64,000 nucleotides of DNA from Candidatus Brocadia sp. (GCA_021463795.1 JAJTXE010000003.1:553364-617363); one strand, 5' to 3'; shown: positions 47,304 through 56,471, numbered from the stretch's first letter. Program-made: numbers and translations. Notes: generated by a model from the letters alone, not told the origin.

Positions 47304-48647
47304 ATGACGTCAATTCGTAAATATAAGGAATGGTTAATACCACTCCGTCGTCGTTTTTCTCCGATGTTGTTTCGTGAACTTTTGCGGTTTCTGCGGGTCT
47401 ATTCTTTTTTCTTCCGGGGAAATAAAAAGAAAGAATTGGTTTCCCTGCGCGTTCAGACCCGTGTCGGCGTAAAGCATCTGTACAAGGTGTATGCCAACCC
47501 GAAACGAACTGTTTGGACGACGATGTTCGTTCCGTCAGAAATGCTGTTTGCCATGGGATTGTATCCTTTTTGCCTGGAAATTGGCGCGGCGCTCTTTGCT
47601 GGTTTGGGACAAAGCTCGAAGGGGCTTATGGAGGCTGAGTCATATGGAGTTCCCACGGATATCTGCACCTTTCACCGATCCGCAATCGGGCACACCTTCA
47701 GAGATCTTTTTCCCAAAAACATCCTCCAGGTGGCCACGACAACGCTTTGTGATAACAACACCAAGACGATGAAGATATGCGAGTCTGTATCGGGAAAAGA
47801 GACCATCGTTATTGACGTGCCTTACGAGGCAGATGATTATTCGGTTCAATATCTTGCGAAACAACTGGAAGATTTTGCTCGCCGGCTAGAAGAGATCTCA
47901 GGCAGGAAGATGGAACAAGCGGCACTTGCAAAAGCAATTGATTACGCAAACCAAACACGGGAAAAGATGATCGAAATCAATGAGTTGAGAAAAGATCCGT
48001 TTTGTCCCCTCCCCGGTAGCAATGCATTAGGGTTTATGTTTCCGGCATATTTGTTAATTGGCTCGAAACTATCCGTGGAGTTTTTCTCTGCGCTGGCTGC
48101 TGAATTACGTGAGAAAACTGAAGAAGACAAGAAGAAAGGGGGACCTAGTCCCCGAAAAGATCTGATCAGGATTCTTTGGTTAGAATTAAAGCCTTATTTT
48201 AAGGTCGATTTCCTGACAAAATTAGAACAGGAGCAAGGGGTCAGGATTGTTTTTGAGGAAACCAATTACGTATACTGGGATAAGCTTGATCCGCAAAGAC
48301 CCTATGAAAGCCTTGCAAAGAAGCTCATTACCAGCCACTATAATGGTCCATTGGAGCGGCGTATTGAGATAACCAGGAAGCTTGCCAGAGAGTATCAGGT
48401 TGACGGCGTAGTGGTATTTTCATCCTGGGGCTGCAGGCGCAATAATGCTGCTGTGCCCACGCTGAAAAGGGAATTGAATAAGATCGGCTACCCCCTCCTC
48501 AGTCTTGACGGAGATTGTATCGATGATCACAATTATATGCCGGGACAATTCTCCACACGGATAGAAGGCTTTTTAGAGATGTTACGGGGAAGGAAAACAT
48601 CCGAGAGCCTTCCACAACCAGAAATATGTGAAGTGGGGGCAAGTTAA
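47304..48647 (+). CDS. 2-hydroxyacyl-CoA dehydratase / benzoyl-CoA reductase BcrB/C / double-cubane-cluster family subunit
   Basis: ...VWTTMFVPSEMLFAMGLYPFCLE..., ...GVPTDICTFHRSAIG..., ...TTTLCDNNTKT..., ...SSWGCRRNN... Starts 7 nt after the previous gene. Confidence 0.8.
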   Translation: MTSIRKYKEWLIPLRRRFSPMLFRELLRFLRVYSFFFRGNKKKELVSLRVQTRVGVKHLYKVYANPKRTVWTTMFVPSEMLFAMGLYPFCLEIGAALFAGLGQSSKGLMEAESYGVPTDICTFHRSAIGHTFRDLFPKNILQVATTTLCDNNTKTMKICESVSGKETIVIDVPYEADDYSVQYLAKQLEDFARRLEEISGRKMEQAALAKAIDYANQTREKMIEINELRKDPFCPLPGSNALGFMFPAYLLIGSKLSVEFFSALAAELREKTEEDKKKGGPSPRKDLIRILWLELKPYFKVDFLTKLEQEQGVRIVFEETNYVYWDKLDPQRPYESLAKKLITSHYNGPLERRIEITRKLAREYQVDGVVVFSSWGCRRNNAAVPTLKRELNKIGYPLLSLDGDCIDDHNYMPGQFSTRIEGFLEMLRGRKTSESLPQPEICEVGAS

Positions 48648-48651
48648 AAGG

Positions 48652-49272
48652 TTATTCGCTTTCATCTCTGCAACATGCAAGGCCTGCCACGACTTTTTCC
48701 AGGGGTGTCTTCCTGCGTATGATACCAGGGATAGCGAAATGGGGCAGTGTCCGTCACCATAATGCCAGAACGGCCGCCGTTCCCGATGCATTGTCATTAG
48801 CCCCCGGTGTATCTTCAAGCGAGTCGTAGTGCCCGCCGATTACCACAATTTCTCCCGGCCTTTCAGAACCGGTAATCTCACCTTCAAGATTATAACATCT
48901 CCGACCTCGCAAACTGCTCAAACTCACTTCATAGCCTTGACGGGAGACCTTAAGGCCTGCTTGTTGCAACGATGCTTCAATAAAATCTGCCGCAACAGCA
49001 AGATTTTTGTAGTTCGTTCTGACATTGCGGTCGCCGATCACTCCGGCTAATTGGTACACATCTTCCCGCAAAGTTTGCCTCAATAATTTTTGTTCCTCTG
49101 TCAGGGCGGGCATTGGCCTCTGATAGTTTTTACCTGGCATTCGAAACATAACGAACCACACCCCAATGCAAACAAGAGCAACGACAGGAATAACGTAAAC
49201 AAGAGAAACTTTATGCCGCCAGTCCTTCTTTATAGATGAGACAGGAAGGCTTTGTCCTGGCAAACGTTTCAC
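48652..49272 (-). pseudogene. M28-family aminopeptidase, internally deleted and frameshifted
   Basis: The N-terminal part reads ...IVVIGGHYDSLEDTPGANDNASGTAAVLALW* (first His/Asp zinc ligands). About 5 codons later, in another frame, comes TAPFRYPWYHTQEDTP (the C-terminal His ligand block). The last stretch (L)EKVVAGLACCRDESE* returns to the first frame. The ~130-150 residues that normally carry the Glu-Glu and Asp ligands are missing. Confidence 0.75.
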
Positions 49273-49334
49273 CCCGGTGACTATCTCAGGATGTTACTGA
49301 TTGTAAAACATTATTTGTAGGCGAAAATACCTCT

Positions 49335-50081
49335 TTATGAGTCCTGATCATATTTTACTTCGATGAGGCACAGGCCTTTTGCGGGCGCTGTGGGACCCGC
49401 GAGGTTCCTGTTCTTTGCACCTAAGATATCCTTCATGCTTTCCACCATAATTTTTCCCCTTCCCACCTCGATAAGAGTACCTACCATTGTTCTTACCATG
49501 TTATACAGAAAACCATTCGCCTCAACAGTAAAATAGAGATATTTCCCCTCTCTGGTAATCTCCAGCCTTTTTACCGTGCGTATCCGGTTTTTTCCCTGAA
49601 GTGCACTTGTGGTGAAGGAGGTAAAATCGTGAGTGCCTATGAGGTATTGTGCAGCGTACCGCATTTTCTCTGCATTCAGCAGAAGGCCGCAGAGATAACA
49701 AAAATTGCGATTGAGCGAGGTTCTTATCCAGTTATTAAGAAGCGTATATCGGTAGATCTTTGATTGAGCATCATATTGAGCATGAAAAGATACCGGTACA
49801 TCAGCCGCACCTTTTACGGTGATGTCGTGAGGGAGATAGAAATTGATGGCATGAATCAGCCGCTTGGATGGAACAGAGGATGTAGTTTTAAAATTTGCTA
49901 CCTGACCCAGGGCGTGCACCCCTGAATCAGTTCTGCTGGCGCCATAAATTTTAACCGGCTCCTGAACGACCTGTTCTACCGCCTTTGAAAGCATTTCCTG
50001 GACGGTTTTCTGGTCATTCTGCCATTGCCAGCCTGCGTATTGCGTACCGTCATATTCTATTAAAAGCCGTATGTTACGCAT
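49335..50081 (-). CDS. truA: tRNA pseudouridine(38-40) synthase
   Basis: MRNIRLLIEYDGTQYAGWQWQ..., ...GASRTDSGVHALGQV... Confidence 0.95.
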   Translation of the reverse strand: MRNIRLLIEYDGTQYAGWQWQNDQKTVQEMLSKAVEQVVQEPVKIYGASRTDSGVHALGQVANFKTTSSVPSKRLIHAINFYLPHDITVKGAADVPVSFHAQYDAQSKIYRYTLLNNWIRTSLNRNFCYLCGLLLNAEKMRYAAQYLIGTHDFTSFTTSALQGKNRIRTVKRLEITREGKYLYFTVEANGFLYNMVRTMVGTLIEVGRGKIMVESMKDILGAKNRNLAGPTAPAKGLCLIEVKYDQDS

Positions 50082-50139
50082 AGGCTAAATGAGTATTGTA
50101 AAGATGTACTCCCCGCAACTAAATCTCCCCCCCTTGGCC

Positions 50140-50196
50140 GGTAGAACAAGCGTTCCCGTTTGTCATTACGATATCAACCTGGCGGCTGACCTGCCT
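50140..50196 (+). repeat. GTCATT-core palindromic intergenic repeat (copy A, full length)
   Basis: GGTAGAACAAGCGTTCCCgtTTGTCATTACGATATCAACctGGCGGCTGACCTGCCT. Collinear with the copy at 57997-58055, with additional flank similarity on both sides. Confidence 0.65.
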
Positions 50197-50525
50197 CATG
50201 GTTTTGAGGGTTGCAAAATACTTGTAAAAAATTGAAACAAAAAAGATAGGTACAATCAACCAAAAAAAACACCTTTCACATATCTGTTTTTACTCAAAAT
50301 AGGTCTGAATCTTTTGTCGCAGTCCCCTGTGCTATCGTCAGGGGTCAGCAGGGTTTTGAGAATTCTGACAGAAAATCACCATGTTGAGACAGCATTATTC
50401 GGACAAAAACATTTTAACCGGCATTGCTTTTGTGGATTGACATTGTCATGGAAAACTGGAATACTATTCAATTCTTAATAAAAGCAGAGGTAGGTGTATC
50501 ATTTATCTGGAATGAGGAGAAGGCT

Positions 50526-51083
50526 ATGGTAATACCAGCGGGAACATATCATTTGACTGCGAATTCAGGAAAGTTGTCTGTTTATACGTTTAAAGAGGGA
50601 TTTCTCAGTGCAGTGGCTCATGACCTGTTAATCGAAGTGACCGGTTTTTCTGTTAAACTACATATTCCGGCCGGAGACATCCGTTTCGCAAGTGTGGAAG
50701 CCGAAATTCAGGCCAATTCATTGAAGGTAATCTGCGCCATGAAGGATGGTCTGCAACGGCATGATCTGCTGAAGGAAAAGGACAAGTCAGACATCGAAGA
50801 AGCCACTTTTAAGGATGTGCTACATTCGGACAAACACCCAGTTATCAACTTTCGTTCCACAAATATCCAGGAAAGGGACGGTGCGTACCACGTCGAAGGT
50901 GAGCTGGCCTTACATGGGGTTACGCGTCCTGCAGCATTTTCCGTGAAAACTACTGGAAAAGATCTTAAAGGAAAATTCATCCTGTCACAGAAAGATTATG
51001 GAATAAAACCTTACAAGGCGTTATTGGGAACGCTCAAGGTGAAAAACGAGATAGAGATGACGTTTGATTTCTCGTTAAGTTAA
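50526..51083 (+). CDS. YceI-like (polyisoprenoid-binding) domain protein, no signal peptide
   Basis: GAGGAG Shine-Dalgarno sequence 6 nt before the ATG at 50526. ...SGKLSVYTFKEGFLSAVAHDLLIEV... and ...VEGELALHGVTRPAAF... The track ORF opens at a TTG at 50424. Confidence 0.8.
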   Translation: MVIPAGTYHLTANSGKLSVYTFKEGFLSAVAHDLLIEVTGFSVKLHIPAGDIRFASVEAEIQANSLKVICAMKDGLQRHDLLKEKDKSDIEEATFKDVLHSDKHPVINFRSTNIQERDGAYHVEGELALHGVTRPAAFSVKTTGKDLKGKFILSQKDYGIKPYKALLGTLKVKNEIEMTFDFSLS

Positions 51084-51284
51084 ACATGATTGTAAACCAG
51101 TCCAGGTCATTTTAGTTTGGTGGATCTTTAAGATACCTGCTTTAAAAAATACCTTTATTTTTGGAACAAAAATTTATACAATTACGGTTTTTAGTTCAAC
51201 ACCAGAAACTTAAATAAGGTGAATTGCGGTTTAAACGGTGGCCGGTTTTTGATGATTGTTTCAGCGGAAGCGGAAAAGGGGTAA

Positions 51285-51776
51285 ATGGTGGAAAACAATA
51301 GAAGAAAATTCCTGAAAGTTGTGTCACATAGCCTGGGAGGTGTTTTGGCAGCAGGCATCGCAGCGCCACTGGTTGGTTTAGGGATACACCCGTGGCTGAA
51401 AGAAACAGTGTATGGAACTGAGGACTTTATTAACCTTGGCAAATTGGAAGATTTTCCCGTTGGTATTCCTAAAAAAATGAACGTTACCTCTTCCAAGATG
51501 GATGCATGGAATGTCTTTGAAGGATTGGTTATGGGGTCGGTTTGGGTGCTGCGGAAAGAAGATGATTCTTTAAAGGTATTTTCGGTAAATTGCCCGCATC
51601 TTGGCTGTGGCATCAACTGGGGAGAAGATGAAAAGCAATTTCTGTGTCCCTGCCACGAAGGGGTTTTTGACATAAATGGTAAGGTACTATCGGGGCCCGC
51701 ACCTCGCAGCCTTTACAGTTACGAAACGAAGATTGAAAATGATAATGTTCTGGTAAATTATAAAAAATTGATATAA
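51285..51776 (+). CDS. Rieske [2Fe-2S] protein with a twin-arginine signal
   Basis: NRRKFLKVV (Tat motif), CPHLGC...CPCHEGVF (Rieske boxes). 163 aa. Confidence 0.9.
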   Translation: MVENNRRKFLKVVSHSLGGVLAAGIAAPLVGLGIHPWLKETVYGTEDFINLGKLEDFPVGIPKKMNVTSSKMDAWNVFEGLVMGSVWVLRKEDDSLKVFSVNCPHLGCGINWGEDEKQFLCPCHEGVFDINGKVLSGPAPRSLYSYETKIENDNVLVNYKKLI

Positions 51777-51805
51777 AGATATTGTTAAAAGGTGATAGGT
51801 AATCT

Positions 51806-53593
51806 ATGGCAAACAAGCTTGGTGAATGGATAGAAGACAGAACTGGACTTAGCAAACTGTTAAAAGCGGCGTTGGATGAGCCAGTGCATGGCGGGGCCAA
51901 ATGGTCATATATTTTTGGGAGCGGACTGGTATTTCTCTTCGTTCTGCAGGCGGTGACCGGCATTTTTATGGCGAGTTACTATTCTCCTTCTTCGACGGCA
52001 GCGTGGGGAAGTGTTTATTACCTTCAGTACAAAACCTCTTTCGGATGGTTTGTACGCGGCGTGCACCATTATGGTTCGAGCGCAATGATGATCGTGGCCA
52101 TGGTGCATATGTTTCAGGTCTTTATTTTCGGCGCATATAAAAAACCCCGGGAGCTGAATTGGATTTCCGGAGTTATCCTGCTTTTATTCCTGGCTGGCTT
52201 TGGTCTTACCGGGTATCTGTTGCCTTGGGATCAGAAGGGATACTGGGCCACACAGGTTGCCACCAATATTATGGGAACGGTCCCGGTGATTGGAAAGTAC
52301 ATTAAGATTCTGCACCAGGGAGGGGCCGACTATGGGAATTTTACCATAACCCGTTTCTACACCCTGCATGTATTTTTATTACCCATTTCGCTCGTCTTTT
52401 TCCTCTTTATTCACATAGCCCTTTTTCGTAAGCACGGGGTAACCCCATATTGGAAAATGAGAGAAGATGTGTTAAGAGACCGTATTGACCCCTTTTGGCC
52501 TGACCAGATATTTAAAGACATTGTATTCGCTCTGGGCATGTATGCAGTCATTGCCGGCGTTGTTTTTTGGACACGGGGCGCCGAGCTGCAATCGCCAGCA
52601 GACCCTGCCTCTAATTACCTTGCACGGCCTGAATGGTATTTCTTATTCTTGTTTGAACTCTTAAAATATTGCCAGGGAAAATATCTCATTGTCGGAACTG
52701 TGATCATTCCCGCCCTTGCTCTGACTTTTTTATTTGTACTGCCATTTATCGACAGAAATACCTCAAGGTATCCTTCAAAGAGGATGCCATATTTTGGAGC
52801 GATATTTTCTGGATTGACCGGGGCCGTTGTTTTGACCGTGCTCGCCATGCATCATGACAGCAAGGATATCCATATCATCCATCAGCGTGAGGAGGCAGAG
52901 AAACAGGCCGCTAGAGCGGTGAAGTTAGCAGAAAAAGGTATTCCTCCCACGGGAGCCCTGTCGATCTTCCTTCACGATCCCCTTGCCCTTGGTGGAAAAA
53001 TCTTTAAAGAAAGCTGTATTGGTTGTCATAAAATAGGAGTGGAGGGCGGTGATAATGGCCCTGACTTTACCAACTTTGGTTCAAGAGAATGGATTGCCGG
53101 GCTGTTGAAAAACCCGAAAGACGTAAAGTATTTCAAAGAATCAGGGGCGATGCCTCCCATAAAACTCCCGGATGAATCACTCCTGGACATGACGGAATTC
53201 CTTTTAAGCCAGTCAGAGGGCTTGATCCATCAAAATGCCGAACGAGTGGAGAGGGGAAAAGAACTGGTATTAAAAGGGAATTGCGTTGTCTGCCATCCCA
53301 TTGGCAACAAAGACCTGAAAAAGATCGCACCAAACCTGACGGAATATCTGTCGGAGACATGGTTAAAAGAATTCATCAGGAACCCGGGCGATCCTAGATT
53401 CTACGGTACCAGGAATAAAATGCCTGCCTTTGACAGGCTTACCGATAGCCAGTTAGATGCACTGATTCAGTACTTATTCAGTTTATCAAAGGATCGGGCG
53501 CTGGTTTCCGAAAAACAGGAAAAGGGAAAAAGGGGGTATGTGTTCGGTCTCACCTCCCCGCGGACAATGATTACTTTTCAAGACAAGTCCTGA
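51806..53593 (+). CDS. cytochrome b (b6 plus subunit IV-like) fused to a C-terminal dihaem cytochrome c
   Basis: ...FVRGVHHYGSSAMMIVAMVHMFQVF... and ...GYLLPWDQKGYWAT... belong to the cyt b core. Two CxxCH motifs are present: CIGCH (nt 53015-53029) and CVVCH (nt 53282-53296). 595 aa. Confidence 0.9.
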   Translation: MANKLGEWIEDRTGLSKLLKAALDEPVHGGAKWSYIFGSGLVFLFVLQAVTGIFMASYYSPSSTAAWGSVYYLQYKTSFGWFVRGVHHYGSSAMMIVAMVHMFQVFIFGAYKKPRELNWISGVILLLFLAGFGLTGYLLPWDQKGYWATQVATNIMGTVPVIGKYIKILHQGGADYGNFTITRFYTLHVFLLPISLVFFLFIHIALFRKHGVTPYWKMREDVLRDRIDPFWPDQIFKDIVFALGMYAVIAGVVFWTRGAELQSPADPASNYLARPEWYFLFLFELLKYCQGKYLIVGTVIIPALALTFLFVLPFIDRNTSRYPSKRMPYFGAIFSGLTGAVVLTVLAMHHDSKDIHIIHQREEAEKQAARAVKLAEKGIPPTGALSIFLHDPLALGGKIFKESCIGCHKIGVEGGDNGPDFTNFGSREWIAGLLKNPKDVKYFKESGAMPPIKLPDESLLDMTEFLLSQSEGLIHQNAERVERGKELVLKGNCVVCHPIGNKDLKKIAPNLTEYLSETWLKEFIRNPGDPRFYGTRNKMPAFDRLTDSQLDALIQYLFSLSKDRALVSEKQEKGKRGYVFGLTSPRTMITFQDKS

Positions 53594-53682
53594 GCAAAAT
53601 CCGGAAGCTGATGCACGGAAGTTCAACAGAATTATAACATCTATATCGTGGTGCAGCAAAGCCGTAAACAAATCCCTCTATT

Positions 53683-53712
53683 GGTAGGACAAGCGTCCCG
53701 GTTGACCTACCT
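53683..53712 (+). repeat. GTCATT-family repeat, collapsed copy B (arms only, central core missing)
   Basis: GGTAGGACAAGCGTCCC|GGTTGACCTACCT is the left and right arms of copies A and C joined directly (11 of 13 bp stem). Left-flank similarity to copy C is also present (caaagc..aaac.aat.cctct.tt). Confidence 0.6.
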
Positions 53713-54120
53713 AACAGCCGTATTCTGATTGCCGTAAGCGAAATGGTGAAGGAGGGCGGTTTAGGAAACGATATCAGTGAATTGCCGGTGGCTGGCGCGT
53801 GCACGGAGTGGATGAGTGAAAAGGCAATTGCTATCGGGCAATTTCTGGTAGCCTCTGGTATTTATACCGTCTTTGGTATGAATTCGCCGGTGGCTGGTGC
53901 TCCCGATATGCAAAGGTTGCTAACAAAAGAGATGGAAGAGATGTGTGGCGCACGATGGGATTTTGAGGCTGATTTAAAGAAGATCGGAAAGATGCTCATG
54001 GATCACATCGAAAAGAAGAGAGATGCACTTGGTATTAACGTGAATAAGGAGAGAAAACTGTACGATATGGCTGAGAGAAGGGCGCTCGAAAGGGAGTGCA
54101 AGCCGGCAGCACATCATTAA
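53713..54120 (+). pseudogene. acsA: Ni,Fe-CO dehydrogenase catalytic subunit (AcsA/CooS), C-terminal ~135 codons only
   Basis: NSRILIAVSEMVKEGGLGNDISELPVAGACTEWMSEKAIAIGQFLVASGIYTVFG... matches the extreme C-terminus of CooS/AcsA (..VDNSRI.., LPVA...EWMSEKA). An in-frame stop lies at 53665-53667. No N-terminal ~500 codons exist upstream, because the cyt b stop is at 53593. Confidence 0.8.
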
Positions 54121-54142
54121 AGTGATTTAAAGGGGTGTTTTT

Positions 54143-56326
54143 ATGTCCAAGATTATCTGTACTGCCGCCATTCGCGGCGCATATAAAATTGTAGATAAGG
54201 CTGATAAAAAACTTGCCGATGCAATAGCGCAAAAGGGACGCGATTGCAAGGTGGAGTTTCCGAACACGGCGTATTACTTGCCCATCATTTATTCCATGAC
54301 GGGTGTTGCCGTGAAAACACTGGAGGATTGCGAGTATATCCTGGGAATGGCGCGGAGCATGCTCCCGCCATTGCCGGCAGAAAAGCACTGGGTACCTTAC
54401 CTTGGGCATACCCTTGATGCCGGGATGGCAACGCTTTTTGCCGAGGAAGTGTATGAGGCCTGTAAATATCTCATCGGGCCTCACCCGGTAGACGGAATAT
54501 GGCTTGGCGCTGCTGATGACGTTATCATGCGCGAACGCGGCATTGAGTTTGTCGATGGCACGGCGCCAGGGTTTGCCGCAATTGTGGGGTGTGCGCCTGA
54601 TGCAGATACGGCCGTGAAGATTGCCAGGGAACTTCAGCAAAAGAATCTGTACGTGTTTATGCAGTCAGATAATTTTGGGACATCGTTTGCCGAGCAATTG
54701 GCTGAAAAGGGCGTCCAGATGGGGTGGGATACCCGACTGGTGCCTTTTGGAAAAGAGACCTCGGCTGCTGTATATTCTCTGGGTTTTGCCAACAGGGCAG
54801 CCCTTTCATTTGGAAATGTGCCCCCCGGTGAGGCAAGGAGAAATCTCCTCTATAACAAAAACCGCATCTTTGCATTTGTTATGGCAATAGGAACCGCCGT
54901 AACAGATGAACAGTATGCCAACGCAGCGGGTGCTATCAATTATGGTTTTCCGACGATTTCAAATATCGACATTCCGGAGATATTGCCCACCGGCGTATGT
55001 ACCTATGAACACGTGGTTTCAAGGGTGCCGGTGGACAAGATTGTTGATAAATGCATTGAAGTCCGTGGGCTAAAGATTTCTATCCACAAGATGGATATCC
55101 CCGTGGCGTACGGTCCGGCTTTCGAAGGTGAGCGTATCAGAAAAGAGGATATGCAGATTGAGATTGGCGGCCCCGGCGTCCCTGCATTTGAATATGTGTG
55201 CACCAAAGAAATTGACGCGGTTGAGGATGGCAAAATACAGGTTATCGGGCCAGACCTGGACGAAATTAAGCCGGGACCAGGTGTGTCGCTTGGTATCATG
55301 GTTGAGGTGGCAGGCCGAAAGATGCAGCCTGATTTTGAGCCAATCTTCGAACGTCAGATGCACCGGTTTCTGGGTGAAGCCCAGGGCCTGTTCCACATGG
55401 GGCAAAGGGACATCATCCGTCATCGCATCAGTAAAGAGGCATTTAAGGCAGGGTTCAGGATCAAGCATATCGGCAGTATCATCCATTCGCAGTTCCATAG
55501 TAATTTTGGGGCGATTGTTGACAAAGTGCAGGTTACCTTTTATACCAAAAGGGAAGATGTGGAGCGGATATTAAAAGACGTGCGCGCCGCTTATGCAGAG
55601 CGTGATGCGCGATTAGAGGGTATGACCGATGACTCGGTGAACATGTTTTACAGTTGCACCCTCTGTCAAAGTTTTGCGCCTACCCATATTTGCGTTGTGA
55701 CACCGGAACGTTCCGGTCTTTGTGGCTCCGTCAGCTGGCTGGACGGCAAGGCAGGCTACGAGATCAACCCCACAGGGCCAAATCAGCCGATCGAGCGTGG
55801 CAAGGTGGTGAATGAAAATCTGGGGCAGTGGGAAGGCACGAACTCATTTATCTATAATGGGTCAAACCGGTCGCTGGAGAAGGTAAGTTTGTATAGTATT
55901 ATGACAGACCCGATGACCAGTTGCGGCTGTTTTGAGTGCATCTCGGCGATGTTGCCCATGACGAATGGGATTATGGTGGTAGACCGTGACTTCACGGAAA
56001 TGACCCCCTGTGGTATGAAATTTTCCACGCTTGCCGGGACGGTTGGCGGTGGTTTGCAGACCCCCGGGTTTATGGGGCACAGCAAGTTTTATTTAGGCAG
56101 TAGGAAATTCATTTCAGCCGATGGTGGTTTGGGCCGTGTTGTGTGGATGCCCAAGGCACTGAAGGAGGAGTTGGCGGAAACGCTTGCCGATACGGCACAG
56201 GAGCTTGGTCTTGAAGATTTTCTCAATAAAATAGCTGATGAAACGGTTGCTCAGACTGAGGACGAAGTTGTGGCTTATATGCAGAAAGTTAGCCATCCGG
56301 CTTTGGTTATGCCGGGAAAAGATTAA
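54143..56326 (+). CDS. acsB: acetyl-CoA synthase (CODH/ACS A-cluster subunit)
   Basis: MSKIICTAAIRGAYKIV..., A-cluster cysteines CTLCQSFAPTHICVVTPERSGLCG and SCGCFEC. 727 aa, apparently full length. Confidence 0.95.
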   Translation: MSKIICTAAIRGAYKIVDKADKKLADAIAQKGRDCKVEFPNTAYYLPIIYSMTGVAVKTLEDCEYILGMARSMLPPLPAEKHWVPYLGHTLDAGMATLFAEEVYEACKYLIGPHPVDGIWLGAADDVIMRERGIEFVDGTAPGFAAIVGCAPDADTAVKIARELQQKNLYVFMQSDNFGTSFAEQLAEKGVQMGWDTRLVPFGKETSAAVYSLGFANRAALSFGNVPPGEARRNLLYNKNRIFAFVMAIGTAVTDEQYANAAGAINYGFPTISNIDIPEILPTGVCTYEHVVSRVPVDKIVDKCIEVRGLKISIHKMDIPVAYGPAFEGERIRKEDMQIEIGGPGVPAFEYVCTKEIDAVEDGKIQVIGPDLDEIKPGPGVSLGIMVEVAGRKMQPDFEPIFERQMHRFLGEAQGLFHMGQRDIIRHRISKEAFKAGFRIKHIGSIIHSQFHSNFGAIVDKVQVTFYTKREDVERILKDVRAAYAERDARLEGMTDDSVNMFYSCTLCQSFAPTHICVVTPERSGLCGSVSWLDGKAGYEINPTGPNQPIERGKVVNENLGQWEGTNSFIYNGSNRSLEKVSLYSIMTDPMTSCGCFECISAMLPMTNGIMVVDRDFTEMTPCGMKFSTLAGTVGGGLQTPGFMGHSKFYLGSRKFISADGGLGRVVWMPKALKEELAETLADTAQELGLEDFLNKIADETVAQTEDEVVAYMQKVSHPALVMPGKD

Positions 56327-56471
56327 CCGTTTGATTTCTGTTGAGACGGGACAACCCCTGGGAAAGGTAGAGACGGATACCAAGAGAAATTTCTGGATGT
56401 CCGCTGAAGAAGCTTTCAAATACGGATTGGTCAGTAAAATTATACAGACGAGTGATGATTTAAAGACATAG
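56316..56471 (+). pseudogene. clpP: ClpP protease, C-terminal ~45-50 codon remnant
   Basis: EKINRLISVETGQPLGKVETDTKRNFWMSAEEAFKYGLVSKIIQTSDDLKT* matches the ClpP C-terminal pattern (…TGQ..e.i..Dt.RD.fMsAeEA.eYGL.D.I…). It overlaps the acsB stop in another frame. No catalytic part lies upstream. Confidence 0.7.

Noticed and set aside
53701-53712. The GTTGAC at the end of repeat copy B could be read as the conserved Val-Asp of the CODH ..CVDNSRI.. motif, which would suggest microhomology-mediated deletion.
   Set aside because: The six bases that follow (CTACCT) belong to the repeat arm and not to CODH, so the V-D match is most simply coincidence. It is noted only as a possibility.
54035-54640. 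201-codon antisense ORF across the acsA-remnant/acsB boundary. Similar shadow ORFs occur at 20507-20998, 18454-18945, 42053-42511 and 12070-12540.
   Set aside because: All of them overlap strongly supported genes on the opposite strand and have no recognisable domains.
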